From the NCBI RefSeq assembly GCF_048593235.1, contig NC_133622.1, forward strand, positions 54,312,001 through 54,376,000: 64,000 nt of DNA. The letters are read 5' to 3'. A program made the translations under genes and the position numbers. The notes below the pieces were generated by a model. It was not told where the DNA came from. It saw only the letters and a program-made list of their open reading frames with translations, and ran no database searches. Every line of letters begins with the position of its first letter. Positions within the stretch are counted from its first letter, which is position 1. Positions 59,379-64,000 of the stretch are shown here, one piece after another. Source of the DNA: Sminthopsis crassicaudata (Eukaryota).

Positions 59379-62300
59379 GGGGGGGATCTAAGATGGTGGA
59401 GAGTAGACAGGTCTTTCTCGTACTTCTTCCAGGTTTCCTTCAGATCAACACCAGCTCAAGCCTCTGGATGGGTTTTGGAGTGACAGAACATACAAATATT
59501 TGGAGTGTAACAAATTTTTAGCAGAAGATATTTTGGAAAAACTTCAGGAAAGGTCTGTCTCAATTGGTTGGGAGGGAATCGGGTTTGCAGCCTAGTACAG
59601 GTGCAGAACTGCACAGTGCAGAAATACCCAGGCTGAAGAGGCTTCCATGTGCTGGAGGAATCTAATGGGAGGCTCATAGCCAAAATAAATCAGCGTTTGC
59701 TACTCTGTCCTGGTTCAGAAGCCATTGAATCAGCAGACTAGCTGTGAGACCTCCAACACAACTACAGAAGGCAAATAGTGAGCCTCTGAATCCCAGCATA
59801 ATGTGGTATTTGGCCACTGCCACACAGCACAGGAAGGGAGCCAAAAGCACTGGCCTCAGGGCAGCCTGAAATCTCTGTCACCTGTAGGGGAAGCTTGGGA
59901 CAAAATTTCCTTTGCCCTAAGAGCAGACCTCAACCTTAAAAATGAGCAGAAAAACAAAAAGAGCTCTGACCATAGAAAACTATTATGCAGACATGCAAGA
60001 ACAAATCTCAAACTCTCAGGACACTAAAAGCAAAATGTCTCCAAATGAAGTCTCAAAGGGTGTTATGAGTTGGTCTGCATCTCACGAAGCTCTCTTGGAA
60101 GAATTCAAAAAGGCTCTTAAAAGAAAGTTAGAAGAAAAATGGGGAAAGGAAATGAAAGCTCTGGAAAAGGAAACAATTGTCAGGAGAAAATCATTCCTTA
60201 AAAAATAGTTTTGACAAAATGGAAAAAAAAAAAACAAACAACTCTTTGAAAAAACAGAATTTGTGAAATGGAAAAAAAAATCCAATGAACAAAACAACTC
60301 ATTTAAAAGTTCAATTGGCCAAATATAAAAGGAAATTAAAAAAGCTAACTGAAGCAAATAATTCACTAAAAATTAGAATTGTACAAATGGAAGTGAATAA
60401 CTCAATGAGACATTAAGAATCAGTCAAACAAAAGAAAAAAATGAAAAAATAGAAGAAAATATAAAATATCTCATCAGAAAAGCAATTGACCTGGAAAATA
60501 GACGCAAGAGAGGCAATCTAAGAATTATTGGACTGCCTGAAAACCATGATGAAAAAAAAGAGCCTAGACAACATCTCTCAAGAAATCATCAAGGAAAAGT
60601 GTCCTGATGTCCTAGAACCAGGGAGTAAAATAGCCACTGAAAGAATCCATGGATCACCTTCCAAAAGAGACCCCAAAAATGAAAACTCCAAGGAATATTG
60701 TAGCTAAATTCCAGAATTATCAGATCAAGGATAAAATTTTGCAAGCAGCCAGAAAGAAACAATTCAAATATCGAGGAGCCACAATCAGGATTATCCAGAA
60801 TCTAGCAGCTTCTACTTTAAAGGATCAAAGGACCTAGAATATAATATTCTGGGGGACAAAGAATCTTGGATTGCAGTCAAGAATCAACTATCCGGCCAAA
60901 TCAAGCATTATCTTCAGGGAAAAAGATGGGCATTCAATGAAATAGGGGATTTTCATTTATTTTTAATGAAAAGACCAGAACTGAACAAAAAAAATTCATC
61001 TTCAAATACAGAACCCAAGAAAAACATAAAAAGCTAAAGATGGAAGGAAAAAACTATGTTTTTTTAAGAAATTAAAATGTTTATATTCCTACACAGGAAG
61101 TTGATATATGTAACTCTTGAGAATTGTATCTTTGTTAGAAATATACTTAGAGGGTATAGGTATATCATCACTTTACTGTGATATAAAAAAGAAACTAGGG
61201 ATGGAAAAGGGATTGTACTGGAAGAAGAGGGAAAGAGAGGTAAAATGAAGTAAATTACATCACATGAAGAGGCAAAAAAGACCTATTACAATTGAGGGAA
61301 AGAAGGGAGGGGAGTGAGCATTGTGTGAATATTAATCTCATTGGATTTCACTCAAAGAGAGAATATCTGATGTTTTTAGTTTAATATAGAAACTTTTCTC
61401 ATTCTATAGGGAAGTAGGCAAAGAAAAGGGAAAGGAAAGGGGGAAGTAATAGAAGAGAGAACAGAAGTAGAAAGGGAAAGGGATAAGAATGGGGGTGCTG
61501 TAAAAGAGGAGGTCAGACTAAGGGAGCAGTGGTCAGAAGCAAAACATTGGTGAGGAGGAGAAAGGGGGAAAGGAAAGATAAAAGTATAATTTGGGGGAAA
61601 TTAGATGGCAGGAAATATAGAGTAAGTAATTTTAACTGTGAATGTGAATGGGATGAACTTTCCCATAAAATTGAAAGGGATAGCAGAGTGGATTAAAAGT
61701 TAAAATTCTACAATATGTTGTTTATAAGAAACACATTTAAAGCAGAGTGATATATATAGAGAGTAAAGGTAAAAGTCTGAGCAGAAATTATTTTGCTTTA
61801 GTTGAAGTGAAAAAAGCAAGGGTAGCAATCCTGATTGCAGATAAAGTAAAAGCAAAAATAGATCTAATTAAAAGAAATAAGGAAGGAAACTACATCTTGC
61901 TAAAAGGTACGACAAATAATGAAGTAATATCACTACTAAACATATATGCACTGAGTGGCATAGCATTCAAGTTCCTAAAGAAGTTAAGAGAGATGTAAGA
62001 AAAAAAATAGATAGCAAAACTATACTAGTAGGGGGCTAAACTTCGCTCTATCAGAACTAGACAAATCAAACCACAACATAAACAAGAAAGAAGTTAAGGA
62101 TGTAAATAGAATTTTAGCAAAGTTAGGTATGACAGACCTTTGGAGAAAACTCAATGAGACAGAAAAAAATATATACTTTTTTTCTTGACAATACATAGAA
62201 CCTACACAAAAGTTGACCATGTATTAGGACATAAAAATCTCAAAATCTAATGCAGAAAGGCATAAATAGTAAATGCATCTTTTTTGGATCATGATACAAT

Positions 62301-62407
62301 AAAAATTACATGTAATTAAGGACCAGGGAAAAATAAACCAAAATTAATTGGAAATTAAATAATCTAATCCTAAAGAACAAGTGGGTGAAACAACAAATCA
62401 TAGAAAA
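59379..62407 (+). mobile_element. L1 with 5' UTR, frameshifted ORF1, ~0.6 kb spacer and endonuclease domain; 3' part missing
   Basis: Start ggggggg..aagatggtggagag; ORF1 from 59942 (MSRKTKRALTIENYY...TPRNIVAKFQNYQIKDKILQAARKK); ORF2 start at 61605 (ILTVNVNGMN.PIK; VAILIADKVKAKIDLIKRNKEGNYILLKGT); homology stops at ...caaatcatagaaa. Confidence 0.95.
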
Positions 62408-62461
62408 GAAAGATGAATTTGTCTTTTACTTACAGGGAAGCTAGGTAATTCTCAGCAATCC

Positions 62462-62503
62462 CACAAAGTAGACAAGGAAGTACACAAAGTAGACAAGGAA
62501 GTA
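62462..62503. repeat. Perfect 21-bp tandem duplication
   Basis: cacaaagtagacaaggaagta x2. Confidence 0.95.
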
Positions 62504-63329
62504 CATTTTAGCAGGCATAATTTTTTTCAATTACTATTTAACAATCCTTTTTTAAAATTTCTTTAAAAAATAAACAATGGACATCAGCAAAGAAAGGCAG
62601 CCTAATATAATGGATAGAGTCAAGTATTAGTTAAATATTTATTGATTGAGCAAAATGAATAAAAATCTACTATGTGCCTAGCACTATGCTAGTCTCTAGA
62701 TCCATAGAGGAACAGTCCCTGCCCTCAAGGATAGAATATAAACTCTTTGAAGGGGACTATACCTAACACATAGTAGACATTTAATAAATGCTTATGGATT
62801 GATTTCATTTTCTGAAAGAGTTTACGTTCTATAGGGAGAATACAATACATAGTTATAATTTATACCATATATATGGGTTCAGATCCCTTTCCTGACACTA
62901 GCTGTTTGATATGGTCATTTTGTCTCATTAGTCTCCATATTTTCATGTGTAAAGTAAAAATAATAATAGAATAAACTTTAAAGTACTTTGAGACTCAAAT
63001 AATTTCATATTAGTTTCTTTCCATAGAATATTAAGGGCATCTGTTTTGCATATCATATAAATGTGAGCTATTATAATTTTAGAGGATGGGAATGAATTTG
63101 ATACAATAAAAAATGTAATATTTTGGTAGATACTATCATCTGGACTTTAGGCTTTATTCTCAAATAAGAATATTTTCTTCTTTGTAACTTACTTGGCTTG
63201 AAAGACTATTTGAATTGATAGAACTTTAGAGATCAACTAGTTTCTAAACTTATAAGTGAACAAAATTTAAATCCAGAGATTAAATGGGTTTGCTCATTTA
63301 ATAATAATGGTTACTGTAGTAGCTAAGTA

Positions 63330-63530
63330 GAATGGTAAATAGAGCTAGTCTAGAGTCGAGACCTGAGTTCAAATCCATCTCAAATACTTATTAGGTGTGT
63401 GACTTTGAGTAAGTCACTTAACTCGTTTGCCTCAGTTTCCTCATCTATAAAATTATACCCTATAAAATGGGTATAATAATAACATTTACTTTGCATATTA
63501 CTTTGTGAGAATCAAATGAGATATATTTGT
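63330..63530 (+). mobile_element. MIR SINE
   Basis: agacctgagttcaaatcc...tgtgtgactttgagtaagtcacttaac...gcctcagtttcctcatctataaaat...gtgagaatcaaatgagatata. Confidence 0.85.
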
Positions 63531-64000
63531 AAAATACATGGCCATTCCAAAATCACAAAACCAAAAGATTAGCAAGAACTTTGAGAAACATTAGACCAAA
63601 TCTCTTATTTTAAGGAGGTTTTGGAATTGAACCCAGATCTCCTGACTCTAAACCTGCTGTCATTTTCACTGTATCAGTTAGTTAGTCTCAGAGGTAATTC
63701 TTGAATTTTATACTAGGAAACTTTTGCTCTCATTTAACACCCAATACTGTTGGGGTTTTTTGTTTTGTTCTGAAAAATCTGATTATATTTGACATCTCTC
63801 AATACAATTCAAAGTAAAAAGAAGAGCAAGAATAATGCCATCTTTGAGGGCAAATTCTACCTTCATCATATTTCTTCTCCCTCTGTTCACCAGTTATGAC
63901 AATCAATAGACTCCACGATTGTGTCTGTCTCAAAAGAGTATTTCCTGTCTTCTTAGAGGTTTGAAATTCCAGGAGATGGGGAAAATCACCTTGCCATTGA

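Noticed and set aside
59942-62220. Several ORFs as host genes
   Set aside because: Frameshifted L1 ORF1/ORF2 pieces or their antisense; likewise 47487-47864 and 40189-40371
1-64000. Prokaryotic, viral-coding or horizontally transferred system
   Set aside because: No operon-like density, no long intact ORF and no gag/pol/env remnants; composition is uniformly mammalian

Overview
AT-rich, CpG-poor, repeat-dense mammalian genomic DNA with seven N-gaps. The repeat repertoire (WSINE1-type and Mar1/RTE-tailed SINEs, many MIRs, L2, CR1/L3, marsupial-type L1 with a long inter-ORF spacer, no Alu/B1) points to an Australian marsupial, probably a dasyurid; the species cannot be confirmed. The window looks intronic or intergenic and no host coding exon can be named. 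Nearly all ORFs in the track come from gaps, microsatellites or decayed L1/L2. Real non-TE content: a decayed processed YBX3/YBX1-like cold-shock-domain pseudogene (~20.2 kb), a 7SL RNA pseudogene (~59.1 kb), two CpG-retaining candidate regulatory blocks (~11.8-12.5 and ~14.7-15.8 kb, the latter with a candidate first coding exon), an old local duplication with a conserved core (31.8/33.3 kb), and a few isolated splice-like signals. The most unusual structure is at 47,019-48,362: a young CpG-rich LTR-derived insert with a perfect 44-bp inverted repeat, ending in a poly(A)-type tail that abuts an L1 3' end. Repeat boundaries are approximate unless a TSD is quoted, and family names come from recalled consensus sequences, not a database search.
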